A DNA stretch of 64,000 nucleotides, taken from the NCBI GenBank assembly GCA_043732185.1, contig JAYTHY010000036.1, positions 34,212 to 98,211 on the forward strand, in the 5' to 3' direction. The stretch's first letter is position 1. Every line of letters begins with the position of its first letter. Below are positions 30,122-39,514 of this stretch, piece after piece. The translations under genes and the position numbers were made by a program. The notes below the pieces were generated by a model. The model was not told where the DNA came from. It ran no database searches and saw only the letters and a list, made by a program, of their open reading frames with translations. Source of the DNA: Fibrobacteria bacterium (GTDB lineage: Bacteria > Fibrobacterota > Fibrobacteria > UBA11236).

Positions 30122-31185
30122 GGCATTTTATTACGGTCACCCTTTTGCGAAGCAGGCTTACAATCTGGATACGACCACTTTCATCCGTATTATTGATGGG
30201 CGTTTTTTGTGCTGGCCTGTTGATTGCGCAGGCTACCGAACGGGAAATTTTGGGCGGTCATGAAGGTTGGCTGGATCGCATGGGTGGTGGCATACGGGAA
30301 TTGGGAATGGGAAATACCGGCACGGCTTCGGAGGAATCCAATCCTGCCGCGTACTGGAATCCTGCCGTGCTCCCTTTCAATCGGCAAACGACGGTGGGCT
30401 TGGGTGCGGACATTCGCAGTCTTAATCGTAATGGTGGCTTTGCCTCCATACAGGGGCGCGTGGCCGGGAATATGGGCATGGGTTTGGGTCTTCTTAATCG
30501 CGGGGATTTTAATGTGCAAGCCTATAGTGCGGATGAGAAGCCCATCGGCGTGGCCAGGCCGCAGGCGATAGAAAGTTATCTGGGCATTGGCCTCAAATCC
30601 TCGCGCAGCAATAGTTTTGGAGTTTCCGTGCAAGCATATTCCTCCAATATGGATTTGGATGGCTCTACCGGCAATGTTAATATCATCGGGGTTTTCAATC
30701 TCGGCTGGTATAAGCGCTGGGGCAACGCTCTCAAAACGGGTGTGGTCGTTCGCAATCTAGGCATCAGCAAACGATTGTCTGCGGAATTTGATCAGACTAC
30801 TTTGGTTGCGGAGGACGCCTCTGGTTTTGATCACACGTCTAGGGATTTCTTTCCCAAAACCTTAGTCGGCGCGGCTTTCTATACGACAAAGGCTGGGAGT
30901 AAGACCGTCGATATGGCTTTTGAATTGATGGATTTCCAGATGAAGAACGAGATTTATACCAGCGATGCCAACTTTCACACTCAGGATTTTCGCTTTGGAT
31001 TCGACGTGCATTGGACAGAAAGCATGAACTTGCGGGCAGGCGTCGATCGAGGAAATTTATCTGTGGGATTTGGGTATGATTTGCCCTGGGGCAAACGCCA
31101 AATCAAGTTTGATTATGCCTTGCTGGTGGAAAAGGGATATCTCACCATAAATCCCTATGCGGTTGGGCTGAGGTACGCCTTCTGA
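30118..31185 (+). CDS. PorV/PorQ/FadL-like outer-membrane beta-barrel
   Basis: GIRELGMGNTGTA...AAYWNPA motif; C-terminal VGLRYAF. Confidence 0.75.
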   Translation: MRHFITVTLLRSRLTIWIRPLSSVLLMGVFCAGLLIAQATEREILGGHEGWLDRMGGGIRELGMGNTGTASEESNPAAYWNPAVLPFNRQTTVGLGADIRSLNRNGGFASIQGRVAGNMGMGLGLLNRGDFNVQAYSADEKPIGVARPQAIESYLGIGLKSSRSNSFGVSVQAYSSNMDLDGSTGNVNIIGVFNLGWYKRWGNALKTGVVVRNLGISKRLSAEFDQTTLVAEDASGFDHTSRDFFPKTLVGAAFYTTKAGSKTVDMAFELMDFQMKNEIYTSDANFHTQDFRFGFDVHWTESMNLRAGVDRGNLSVGFGYDLPWGKRQIKFDYALLVEKGYLTINPYAVGLRYAF

Positions 31186-31208
31186 AATTCTTTTTAGTTT
31201 ATCCCCGT

Positions 31209-32153
31209 ATGTCCTTTACTTCCATAGTTCGTCCCGGTAAGGCGTGTCTAGCCGTGTTGGCATGGCTTGCGGTGATGGCACATCCGCTTAATGCATTGGA
31301 AACCAATCGAGAATACGGAGAAGCCAGCTTCAAATTCCTAAAGCTGCCCCTTTCTCCGCGCATAGTGGGCTTGGGTGGCGCGGGGATAGCGCTGGCGGAT
31401 GGAACAGGAGAGCTCGACATCAACCCTGCCGCCCCCGCCTCGGATTCCGGTCGCCTGGTAGTGGGCCGTGGTAATCCCTTTTCTGAGTTTCAAAGCAACA
31501 GCAGTCACATCACCTGGTCCATTCCCACGGCGGGATATCGGCTCCTACTCAATGCCCGATACTTGGGCTTTGACAATATTCCGGGATTTGATGAAACGGC
31601 CAGGCCCACCACCGCTTATGGTGCTCACACACTCAAGGCTCAGGCTGGAGTTGCGGGAATATTCCGCACATTATCTTGGGGCGGTACTGTGAATTTCGCC
31701 AGCAACAATATTTCGGAAGCAAATTACGCCACCGCTATGATCAATGCCGGGTTGCGGTACCAGGTCATTGCTGGCCTTTATGCTGGATTAAGCGCGCTCA
31801 ATGCAGACTTTTGGAGCTCCCGTGCCAAGTTTGAAGGAAATCCGGCACCCTTTCCACCAACTGCCATCCAAGCGGGTCTAGCGTATACACATACTTTTGG
31901 GGCTGAGTTTACCGCATCCGTAGCTGCAGATGCGCGAACACGTAATGATGAAAAGTTAGCCTGGCCAATGGGAGCTGAAGTGTCCTGGCATCACATGATT
32001 ACCGCCAGAGCCGGTTTTCCAGTTGGGGAGCAGGAACCGGCCTTGGCCGCTGGGCTAGGACTGTGCTGGTCGCGCTTTCAATTCCAATATGCCTATCAAG
32101 GTCATGCAACGTTAGGTCCTGGACATTTTTGGACCTTGGATATTGCCTATTAG
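31209..32153 (+). CDS. PorV/PorQ-like outer-membrane beta-barrel (second copy)
   Basis: FLKLPLSPRIVGLGGAGIA...INPAA motif; C-terminal WTLDIAY. Confidence 0.75.
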   Translation: MSFTSIVRPGKACLAVLAWLAVMAHPLNALETNREYGEASFKFLKLPLSPRIVGLGGAGIALADGTGELDINPAAPASDSGRLVVGRGNPFSEFQSNSSHITWSIPTAGYRLLLNARYLGFDNIPGFDETARPTTAYGAHTLKAQAGVAGIFRTLSWGGTVNFASNNISEANYATAMINAGLRYQVIAGLYAGLSALNADFWSSRAKFEGNPAPFPPTAIQAGLAYTHTFGAEFTASVAADARTRNDEKLAWPMGAEVSWHHMITARAGFPVGEQEPALAAGLGLCWSRFQFQYAYQGHATLGPGHFWTLDIAY

Positions 32154-32157
32154 CCTT

Positions 32158-32982
32158 TTAAAATAAAATGCCGGCAAAGATGGCCAACATGCCGGCCAAC
32201 ATAACCCACTTTAAGTTACGCTGGATTCCCCCCCAATCGGGTACATGTGTGAAAAGTTTTTTCAACACAATAACAAGTAGCGGCAAAGGCCCAATTAGGG
32301 CAACCAGACTATAGCCAGCATGGTAATTGAGCCAGAGATAGGGAATGGGGAGTAAAGCAAGGATCAGGGTTGTAACAAGCATTGAGGCCAAGCGAGTAGA
32401 AAGGGTACCAAAGCGGATAGGAAAAGTGATCCGACCGACTGCGGTATCCCCGAGAATGTCTTCTGCGTCTTTGGCGATTTCTCGGGCCAGGGTAGTTAGG
32501 AAGGCAAATAGGGCGGGAAGTCCCGTGTGAATCGGCAGTCCGGGAGATTCTGGAAAATAAATGGCCAGGGCGCAAAGGAGCGATACGGCCAAGTTGCCGA
32601 ATAAGGGAAGCGATTTCAATTTGAGATTATAGATGTAAAGAAGTGCCGCCATACCTAGTGTCAGAATTCCAGCCGCTCTTCCCAAAGTAAAAGCGAGCGC
32701 CAAACTGGTAAAATAAAGGGCAACTGTGGCCCACCAGGCTTGCTTGCCAGTTACGCGTCCCTGGGGCAATGGACGCGTTGGTCGGTTAATACTGTCGGTG
32801 GAAAGATCGAGGATATCATTGTGGATATTGCCCGCCATCACCAAGAGGGCTAAGGCTATGAACCCAATGGAGGCTGCTGTCCAGTCCATCTGCTGTGGAA
32901 GGCAGGCATGGCCGAGCCAGACCCCGAATCCGGCCACCAGCGCATTACTCAGGCGGGCCAGTTTGACCCAGTCGCCGATCAT
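32158..32982 (-). CDS. UbiA-family prenyltransferase, DGGGP-synthase-like
   Basis: GNIHNDILDLSTDSINRPTRPLPQG, YNLKLK..PLFGN and AREIAKDAEDILGD motifs; start set at ATG 32982. Confidence 0.85.
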   Translation of the reverse strand: MIGDWVKLARLSNALVAGFGVWLGHACLPQQMDWTAASIGFIALALLVMAGNIHNDILDLSTDSINRPTRPLPQGRVTGKQAWWATVALYFTSLALAFTLGRAAGILTLGMAALLYIYNLKLKSLPLFGNLAVSLLCALAIYFPESPGLPIHTGLPALFAFLTTLAREIAKDAEDILGDTAVGRITFPIRFGTLSTRLASMLVTTLILALLPIPYLWLNYHAGYSLVALIGPLPLLVIVLKKLFTHVPDWGGIQRNLKWVMLAGMLAIFAGILF

Positions 32983-33030
32983 GATGATAATGTTAGCTAA
33001 ACTATCTTTACCTGGGAAATCTGAAAAATT

Positions 33031-35127
33031 ATGATAGACGTACGCGACTTGCACCTGTCCTTTGGCGACAGACCGATTTTTGATGGCATCTCCTTTCAAC
33101 TTGGCGACAAGGAAAAGATCTGCCTAGCCGGACCGAATGGCTCCGGGAAAACAACTTTGCTCCGATTATTATCAGGAGAAATGAAGGGAGACGGGGGTGA
33201 AATTATCCGTTCCCGTTCCGTTAAGGTTGGCTACTTAAAGCAGCATCTGGGAGAGGACGGCGGTGCTACTGTGTATATGGCGGCGCTGCAGGCCTTTAGC
33301 GAGGCACTGGCTTATGCCAAGGAACTGGATATTCTCCATAACGTACTAGGCGAGCGAACGCCTACGGAAGCGGAGCTTGACCGGATGGATTTTCTGCAGG
33401 ATGAACTTATCCGCAGCAATTATTATACAGCCGAGAGCGAAACACGCAAGATACTGGCCGGCCTTGGCTTCAGCAATGAGGAACAGGATAAGCCCCTTGG
33501 AGCGATGTCCGGCGGTTGGAGGATGCGCGTAGCCCTGGCTCGGGTACTATTGTCCCAGCCCACTTGTCTTTTTCTCGATGAGCCGACCAACCATTTGGAT
33601 CTCGAATCCATCGTCTGGTTGGAAAACTATATCAAAGATTATTCGGGCAGCTTGGTACTTATTTCCCATGATCGCCAATTTGTCGACAAGACTTGCGACC
33701 GAGTGATGGAAATTCAAAGAAGCAGTCTAACGTATTATCCCTTGCCCTACGCGAAGTATGAGGAAGAGAAAAAAGTCCGCCGCGATCAGTTGCTGCGGGA
33801 ATACAAAAAACAGCAGGATGAGATCGATAGCCTGGAGCGGTTTGTCGAGCGATTCAAGGCTAAGGCTTCCAAAGCCACCCAGGCCCAGAGCAAGCAAAAG
33901 CAATTGGATAAAATAGATCGCATTGAAATTCCGTCCGATGCCGCCACCATGAAGTTGCGTTTTCCGGAAGCGCCACCTTCCGGGCAGTGGGTTTTCGAGG
34001 CTGAAGATCTGGGCAAAAGATACGGCGATCACCAGGTATTTGAAGACGGTAAGTTTGGAATCCAAGCCGGAGAAAAGGCCGTACTGGTGGGACCTAACGG
34101 TGCCGGTAAATCTACGCTGCTCAAACTTCTGCAAGGGTTAGAACGTGCGACTGAGGGAACCGTGGTCACGGGCGCCAATGTGCAAATCGGATATTTCGCC
34201 CAATACGAGGAACCGACGCCGGTGGAATCGGAAATGGACTTGGTCTCTTTTCTAGCTGTCACGCATCCTAGAATTCCTACCCAGCAACTCCGATCCATTC
34301 TGGGCGCCATGCTTTTCAGCAATGATGATGCCTTCAAAAAATACGGAGTGCTATCCGGTGGCGAACGCGCCCGCGTCAGACTCTGCCGCCTGCTCCTCAG
34401 GAATTGTAATGTTTTGATTCTGGATGAGCCCACCAACCATCTCGACATGGACTCCAAACTGCTGCTGATGCAAGCGATTGCAGATTTTACCGGCACAGTG
34501 CTTTTTGTTTCACATGATCGCTATTTCTGCGAACACGTTGCCACGCGGGTGATACTAGTCCGTGGCGGACGGGTAACGGATTATCCCGGCGATTACATGT
34601 ACTACTTGCAAAAACTCGCCAGTGACAATCAAGGTGCGCCAGAGCCCAAAGCCACCGGCAAGCTTTCCAAATCCCCGACGCCGAAGCCTTTGGATAAACC
34701 CAAAACGTCTCCGGAAAAGGATGCGCCTCAGCCCATTCCAGTTCAAGCAAGCGTGGCAACTGGCGGGCCCGGTACCATTCCCCCCATCGCAACTTCGATC
34801 TCAACTTCAACCGCAGCTCTAACCTCAGGTCCAACCCCGATTCCAATTAGTAACGCAGCAGCGACTGCTCCGCTGGACTGGGAGGCCAAAAAAGAGGCGG
34901 AAAAAATCAAGCGTAAGGCTGAAAAACGCTGGACTGAAATTGAAATGAGAATTACCGACCTGGACATCAAAGTGGCCGGACTGGATGTGGAGCTTTGCCG
35001 ACCGGAGACTTACGCCGATGCAGAGAATTCGATCCGATTGGCTCGCGATAAACGCGAAGCGGAAGCGGAGCTCGCGTTGCTTTACCAGGAATTAGAAGAA
35101 TTGGAATCTCAAGGTTATGGCAAATAA
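33031..35127 (+). CDS. ABC-F ribosome-associated ATPase (Uup/YheS-like)
   Basis: Two ABC domains (GPNGSGKT/SGGWRMR and GPNGAGKS/SGGERAR), DEPTNHLD twice, a PtIM linker and a C-terminal coiled coil. Confidence 0.95.
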   Translation: MIDVRDLHLSFGDRPIFDGISFQLGDKEKICLAGPNGSGKTTLLRLLSGEMKGDGGEIIRSRSVKVGYLKQHLGEDGGATVYMAALQAFSEALAYAKELDILHNVLGERTPTEAELDRMDFLQDELIRSNYYTAESETRKILAGLGFSNEEQDKPLGAMSGGWRMRVALARVLLSQPTCLFLDEPTNHLDLESIVWLENYIKDYSGSLVLISHDRQFVDKTCDRVMEIQRSSLTYYPLPYAKYEEEKKVRRDQLLREYKKQQDEIDSLERFVERFKAKASKATQAQSKQKQLDKIDRIEIPSDAATMKLRFPEAPPSGQWVFEAEDLGKRYGDHQVFEDGKFGIQAGEKAVLVGPNGAGKSTLLKLLQGLERATEGTVVTGANVQIGYFAQYEEPTPVESEMDLVSFLAVTHPRIPTQQLRSILGAMLFSNDDAFKKYGVLSGGERARVRLCRLLLRNCNVLILDEPTNHLDMDSKLLLMQAIADFTGTVLFVSHDRYFCEHVATRVILVRGGRVTDYPGDYMYYLQKLASDNQGAPEPKATGKLSKSPTPKPLDKPKTSPEKDAPQPIPVQASVATGGPGTIPPIATSISTSTAALTSGPTPIPISNAAATAPLDWEAKKEAEKIKRKAEKRWTEIEMRITDLDIKVAGLDVELCRPETYADAENSIRLARDKREAEAELALLYQELEELESQGYGK

Positions 35128-36022
35128 TCTGGTCGGTACGTTGGTGGAAGTTCAGCGCCGAACGGCGCTGGTTTCCGGCGACGACGGCCTGGATTACAGT
35201 TGTCAGTACAGCCCCATTATCGACTTAGCTGAATTCTCCAACTTTGCCGTCGGAGACCGGGTTCACTTCATCGCCGCCGGCACACAGCAAGAAGCCATGA
35301 TTACGGGCATCCTTCCCCGCACCAGTAAAATCTCCCGCCCAGGCCCCATGGACCGGGCCTCGGAGGAATTGATCCTAGCTGCCAACGTCGATGCGCTGGT
35401 GGTGGTAGCCTCCACCCGCCGACCGGAATTCAATCCTAGATTGGTCGATCGTTATCTGGCCCTTGCAGAGATTTACTCTATCCAAGCCATCCTCTGCATG
35501 AACAAGGCCGACCTCGATCCCGTTCTGCCCCGAGAGCTCGAGTATTTGCAACGCGTCGGATATCCGGTGGTTTCCATCTCCGCAAAAACGGGCCAAGGTC
35601 TTGACGCTTTGTGTCTGGCCATGGCTGGCAAACAGGTGGTTCTCAGCGGCCCCTCTGGCGTTGGCAAATCCTCACTCATTCGTGCGTTGGTACCTGGCGC
35701 CTTACCCAGGGTCGCCGAGGTGCGCAAGGGAGAAGGCAAAGGCAGGCATACCACCACGTCCTCGCACCTCTATACCGTGGCAGGAAACATTCGGATCATC
35801 GACACTCCCGGCATCCGTGAACTGGGTATTGTGGGCGTCACCCGACGGGATTTGGCTGAACATTGGCGGGACTTCCGTCCCTATATAAATCAGTGTCGGT
35901 TTCGAGACTGTATCCATAAAGGCGAGCCAGGTTGTGCGGTGACCAAAGCCGTTGCCGATGGAGTGCTGCCGGATTTCCGATATCAAAGTTATTTGCGCAT
36001 TCAAGACTCGTTGGAAGGGTGA
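35117..36022 (+). CDS. rsgA: Ribosome small subunit-dependent GTPase
   Basis: AANVD, NKADL, GPSGVGKSSL, GRHTTT, DTPG and CRFRDCIHKGEPGC motifs. Confidence 0.96.
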   Translation: MANNLVGTLVEVQRRTALVSGDDGLDYSCQYSPIIDLAEFSNFAVGDRVHFIAAGTQQEAMITGILPRTSKISRPGPMDRASEELILAANVDALVVVASTRRPEFNPRLVDRYLALAEIYSIQAILCMNKADLDPVLPRELEYLQRVGYPVVSISAKTGQGLDALCLAMAGKQVVLSGPSGVGKSSLIRALVPGALPRVAEVRKGEGKGRHTTTSSHLYTVAGNIRIIDTPGIRELGIVGVTRRDLAEHWRDFRPYINQCRFRDCIHKGEPGCAVTKAVADGVLPDFRYQSYLRIQDSLEG

Positions 36023-36026
36023 TATT

Positions 36027-36461
36027 TTGGAAGGTGTCCTTTTTTTCGCAAAGCTGTCTGCGGTCATTACAGTCTTATATGCCGGACTCAATCTCCATCA
36101 ATTGACGAGTTCTTTCGCTTCCTTGTTGGCCAAAGCGGAAGAATTCCGCATGGCAGTGACCGCAGACGGCGGCGTTCCACGCCTGTCTCGCTTGAACATT
36201 CTCTTTTATGTTTTTCTGCCTTTCGCATACCTAGCATTGCTTCGTTTCTCGAACATACAGCCTGGAATATTGGCCGTTTTGGTTGCCAAGTTTCTAGTTA
36301 CGGCCGTTCTCGATCTGTGGGTGGAAAAAAGCATTCTCACCGGGCGCAATTTCTCCATTACCCAACATTATCTCAGCCGGTTGGATAACCTTTTGAACAT
36401 CCTTGCCGCGATTTTAGTCATCCGATTCCTCTTGGTCGGTCCTGCCATTCCGGAACGGTAA
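36027..36461 (+). CDS. Hypothetical membrane protein
   Basis: About four hydrophobic segments. TTG 36027 with an upstream GGAAGG is preferred to 35952. Confidence 0.6.
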   Translation: MEGVLFFAKLSAVITVLYAGLNLHQLTSSFASLLAKAEEFRMAVTADGGVPRLSRLNILFYVFLPFAYLALLRFSNIQPGILAVLVAKFLVTAVLDLWVEKSILTGRNFSITQHYLSRLDNLLNILAAILVIRFLLVGPAIPER

Positions 36462-36495
36462 AGCGGATCCGGGTGAGGTAAGCGTCTAGCCTTCC

Positions 36496-37356
36496 ATGGC
36501 CCCAACAAAACTGAAAAACCACTTAGTAGTCAGTTTCCTTTCACTTGGTTCGGTTTCCCTTTTGTTCAATGGTTGTTTTTTCTCTCCATTACCGGTCCTC
36601 GAATATCGCGCCTCAACCGTGGGCTCCATTTGGGACAATGGCATTGAGCTACATGCCGGAAAAACCAAAGACTATGATTTGAAAGCCGGATTCCTGGAAA
36701 TGGGCGAACCGACAGATGAAGGAGCTTCTTCCAGGTTTCCATTGTTTTTTCGGATTTCCTGCGTCAATCGATCCAGGGACAGTGTGCTTTTTGATCCGGG
36801 AAAGTTCAGGCTATTCGTCCATCAAAGAGATTCGTTGTTGAGTGTCATCGACCCGGATGCGGTCATTCACCAGACAAAAAAAGTCATGGCTGTCGAAGAC
36901 GCTCGCTATGGCAGTCAAGTTGTAACGGGTGCTGTCATGGATTTGGGGGCTGTTGGATTGGACCTCGTCGGTCTGTTTGCAGATGAAACCAAAGCAGAAA
37001 AGGAGGAGTGGAAAAAAACCAAAGACGACATGCACAAAACCAATCAGGAGAACGCAGATTTTCACTTTCGCATGGTCGCGGACCTATCCAAGCGGATTCG
37101 ATTTTGGTCGGCAGGATCCCTGCGCAAGTCCTCTCTATCCCCAGGCCAACACATCGATGGACGAATTGCTTTTGGACTCCGTTCCGCATTTGCAGCTCCC
37201 GATAGTCTGCAATTGCAATTCAAGGAAAGCGACAATCGGTTTGCAAACCTCATGGTGTTCGGCTTGGTTCGGGATACCATCAATTCCCGCGATAAGAATA
37301 GTCAGGTCACGAACTCGTCTGAGAAAGTAGGCTTGGCGCTCAAATCTCCGCCTTGA
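36496..37356 (+). CDS. Hypothetical lipoprotein
   Basis: Lipobox-like LFNGC after a hydrophobic stretch; 286 aa. Confidence 0.6.
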   Translation: MAPTKLKNHLVVSFLSLGSVSLLFNGCFFSPLPVLEYRASTVGSIWDNGIELHAGKTKDYDLKAGFLEMGEPTDEGASSRFPLFFRISCVNRSRDSVLFDPGKFRLFVHQRDSLLSVIDPDAVIHQTKKVMAVEDARYGSQVVTGAVMDLGAVGLDLVGLFADETKAEKEEWKKTKDDMHKTNQENADFHFRMVADLSKRIRFWSAGSLRKSSLSPGQHIDGRIAFGLRSAFAAPDSLQLQFKESDNRFANLMVFGLVRDTINSRDKNSQVTNSSEKVGLALKSPP

Positions 37357-37946
37357 AGGCGATATCGGCGCGCACTTTCCGCAAACAAACGTGCGAAGGC
37401 GAACTTTTCGTATTTCTGAAGCATGGACAGTCCAACTTCAAAAATGCGTTCAAAGTAACGGTTCCCCAGTTTCAGTTCCCGCAGAGACGTCATGATGATA
37501 TCCATCGCATCCGCTGCGCCCACGATTTGGCCTTCCGTATCCTCCTTAGCGCTTAAGGCAGCATTGACGCAAAGTTTTTTTAGCCGGTCCGGGAGCTCTT
37601 TAAATATTTCATTTTCGATGAGTTCGGGAACGATTTCCTTGAGCAGTTGGCCCAGTTTTCCACCCTTGAAACGGTGCTTGATGGGATGGGGAATATCGGA
37701 TAGAATGGTTTCTTCAAAATCATGGAACAGGGCTTTGCGTAGCAGCACTTCACGGCTGATGTTCAGTCCATCCTCGTAATCGGCGATCATCAGGGCCATG
37801 ATGGCGACATTGTAGGAGTGGGACGCCACGCTTTCAACTTCGATCATCGGCAATGTTCCAAACCGTTTGATCGAACTCATGGTCTTGAGTCGTTCAAAGA
37901 AACCAAAAAGATTGTCCTTGATGATTTCAGGTTCTTGAAAATCCAT
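37302..37946 (-). CDS. HD-domain 5'-deoxynucleotidase (YfbR-like)
   Basis: IKRF...ESVASHSY, ALFHDFEETILSDIPHPIK and AAD motifs; GGAG SD before ATG 37946. Confidence 0.85.
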   Translation of the reverse strand: MDFQEPEIIKDNLFGFFERLKTMSSIKRFGTLPMIEVESVASHSYNVAIMALMIADYEDGLNISREVLLRKALFHDFEETILSDIPHPIKHRFKGGKLGQLLKEIVPELIENEIFKELPDRLKKLCVNAALSAKEDTEGQIVGAADAMDIIMTSLRELKLGNRYFERIFEVGLSMLQKYEKFAFARLFAESARRYRLQGGDLSAKPTFSDEFVT

Positions 37947-38041
37947 GAGCGGCCCTCCAGTAGAAGGCTTCAAGGTAGCAAGAATAATTGGACAAACTGT
38001 GTGCGCGGACGCACGGAACCAGCCTCAGGCTCGGCTCGGGA

Positions 38042-38509
38042 TTACTTGAGGATTTTATTAATCTCTTCGGATTTCTGTTCCACGACGTAGAGAATTTCTT
38101 TTATGCGGAAATTGCGCCACATCGAAGCGTACCGCATGGCCCACTCTTCCTGAATCTTGGCGCGGTCATAGTCCCCGTGCTCACCGCGATACCAGATTTC
38201 ATTATTGATTTCTTTGATCTGGTCAGCCATTTCGGAAGGAAGGTGGATGGTACCCCTATGTTGGATGAGCTGCTGCGTGGCTACGATGTTCGCGTTAGGA
38301 CTTGGATTGCCCTGCACAATGGCATTGATCTCGTCCCGATGACGGGAAACGAATTCAAGGAGATGAGTGCAAATGTTTTCCAGTTGCCCAGTTTTGTACA
38401 ATTCCTGAATAATCTGTTTTTCTTCTTCCATAGTCCGTCCAACAGGGGGTTCCATCGAATTATTCATACCCGTGTTCATGGGGCTAAACTTACTTTTCTT
38501 ATTAGGCAA
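38042..38509 (-). CDS. Hypothetical protein with DUF4032-like motif
   Basis: EINNEIWYRGEHGDYD...EEWAMRYASMWR resembles the DUF4032-type W-x-x-E...W...A..WR pattern. Confidence 0.45.
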   Translation of the reverse strand: MPNKKSKFSPMNTGMNNSMEPPVGRTMEEEKQIIQELYKTGQLENICTHLLEFVSRHRDEINAIVQGNPSPNANIVATQQLIQHRGTIHLPSEMADQIKEINNEIWYRGEHGDYDRAKIQEEWAMRYASMWRNFRIKEILYVVEQKSEEINKILK

Positions 38510-39134
38510 CGCTACTCAAACTTTCTGCGAAACCAAGGAGTGAAACAAATTCCTTTATATTACCCGGGTTGTCAAGCGTGTCCCATTCCGCATTGGGATC
38601 CGCGTTGGGTTTGAGTAAAACGGCCTGGGCGCCAGCCTGCAAGCCGGCCTGCACATCCCGGTATGCGTCTCCGACCATAAAACTCTTTTCCGTATCGAGA
38701 TGGTATTTGGTTTCGAGGTAACGCAGCATTCCAGGTTTCGGTTTTCTGCAGGAGCAATTTAGCGTGTATTCGGGTACGCTACCTTGGGGATGATGTGGAC
38801 AAAAAACGAATTCTTCCATGTGCACGCCCCTGGATGTAAGGGCTTGATCGATGCGACGGTGCAGCTCAACTACCGCCTGGATGGGAAAGAGTCCGCGTGC
38901 GACACCGCTTTGATTGGTGACCACAAAAAGCTGAAAACCCAATTCCTGAAAAATTTGCAAGGCTTTCTCCACCCCGGGCAGAAGCTCAAAATGGTCAAAA
39001 TCGCTCAAGTACTCCACATTTTTATTAAGGGTGCCGTCTCGATCCAGAAAAATTGCCTTGCGTCCGTTCCGAATATTGGAGGTCAATTTCCTTCCCTTCG
39101 TCCCAACAAAACATAGCTCAAAACCGAAATCCAT
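38502..39134 (-). CDS. gmhB: D,D-heptose 1,7-bisphosphate phosphatase (HAD IIIA)
   Basis: FLDRDGTL, TNQSGVARG, CPHHP, CSCRKPKPGM and MVGD motifs. Confidence 0.9.
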   Translation of the reverse strand: MDFGFELCFVGTKGRKLTSNIRNGRKAIFLDRDGTLNKNVEYLSDFDHFELLPGVEKALQIFQELGFQLFVVTNQSGVARGLFPIQAVVELHRRIDQALTSRGVHMEEFVFCPHHPQGSVPEYTLNCSCRKPKPGMLRYLETKYHLDTEKSFMVGDAYRDVQAGLQAGAQAVLLKPNADPNAEWDTLDNPGNIKEFVSLLGFAESLSSVA

Positions 39135-39243
39135 ACCTATCGTTTTTCCGAATGCCTTTTGATTTCCAATGGGTAGGAAGATAAGGACATGGCTAAATCG
39201 CTGCTTTTTATCACCCCGTCCACTATAACTTTCGCGGGTTCCC

Positions 39244-39327
39244 TGCCCAAGACGAGACTTGAACTCGTACTGCCTTACGACAAAAGGATTTTAAGTCCTC
39301 AGCGTCTACCAATTTCGCCACTCGGGC
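39244..39327 (-). tRNA. tRNA-Leu(UAA)
   Basis: Acceptor stem GCCCGAG/CTTGGGC-A; D arm TGGCGAAATTGGTAGACGC; anticodon arm GAGGA-CTTAAAA-TCCTT; long variable arm; T loop GTTCAAG; CCA not encoded. Confidence 0.95.
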
Positions 39328-39514
39328 CAGGGATCGCGAATGAATCACCACACGCGGGATGTATTGCGTTTTTAGTCGATGACTTCAAACCGGACTAAAA
39401 GGTAGTAAAGGTGGTAAAGGTAGCTTACCCGTTTTACCTCGGCAATTTTTCCGGGTGGACGCGATCAATTATCCGAAAGCTCTCAATTTAAACGGGCTCT
39501 TTGGCTTTTCGCTT

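Noticed and set aside
37988..38614. 208-aa plus-strand ORF
   Set aside because: It is the antisense shadow of the DUF4032-like gene and gmhB.
39244..39327. tRNA as an integration site for an island
   Set aside because: No integrase, no duplicated tRNA 3' end noticed, and the flanks are housekeeping genes.
39189..39398. 69-aa ORF
   Set aside because: It overlaps tRNA-Leu on the opposite strand.
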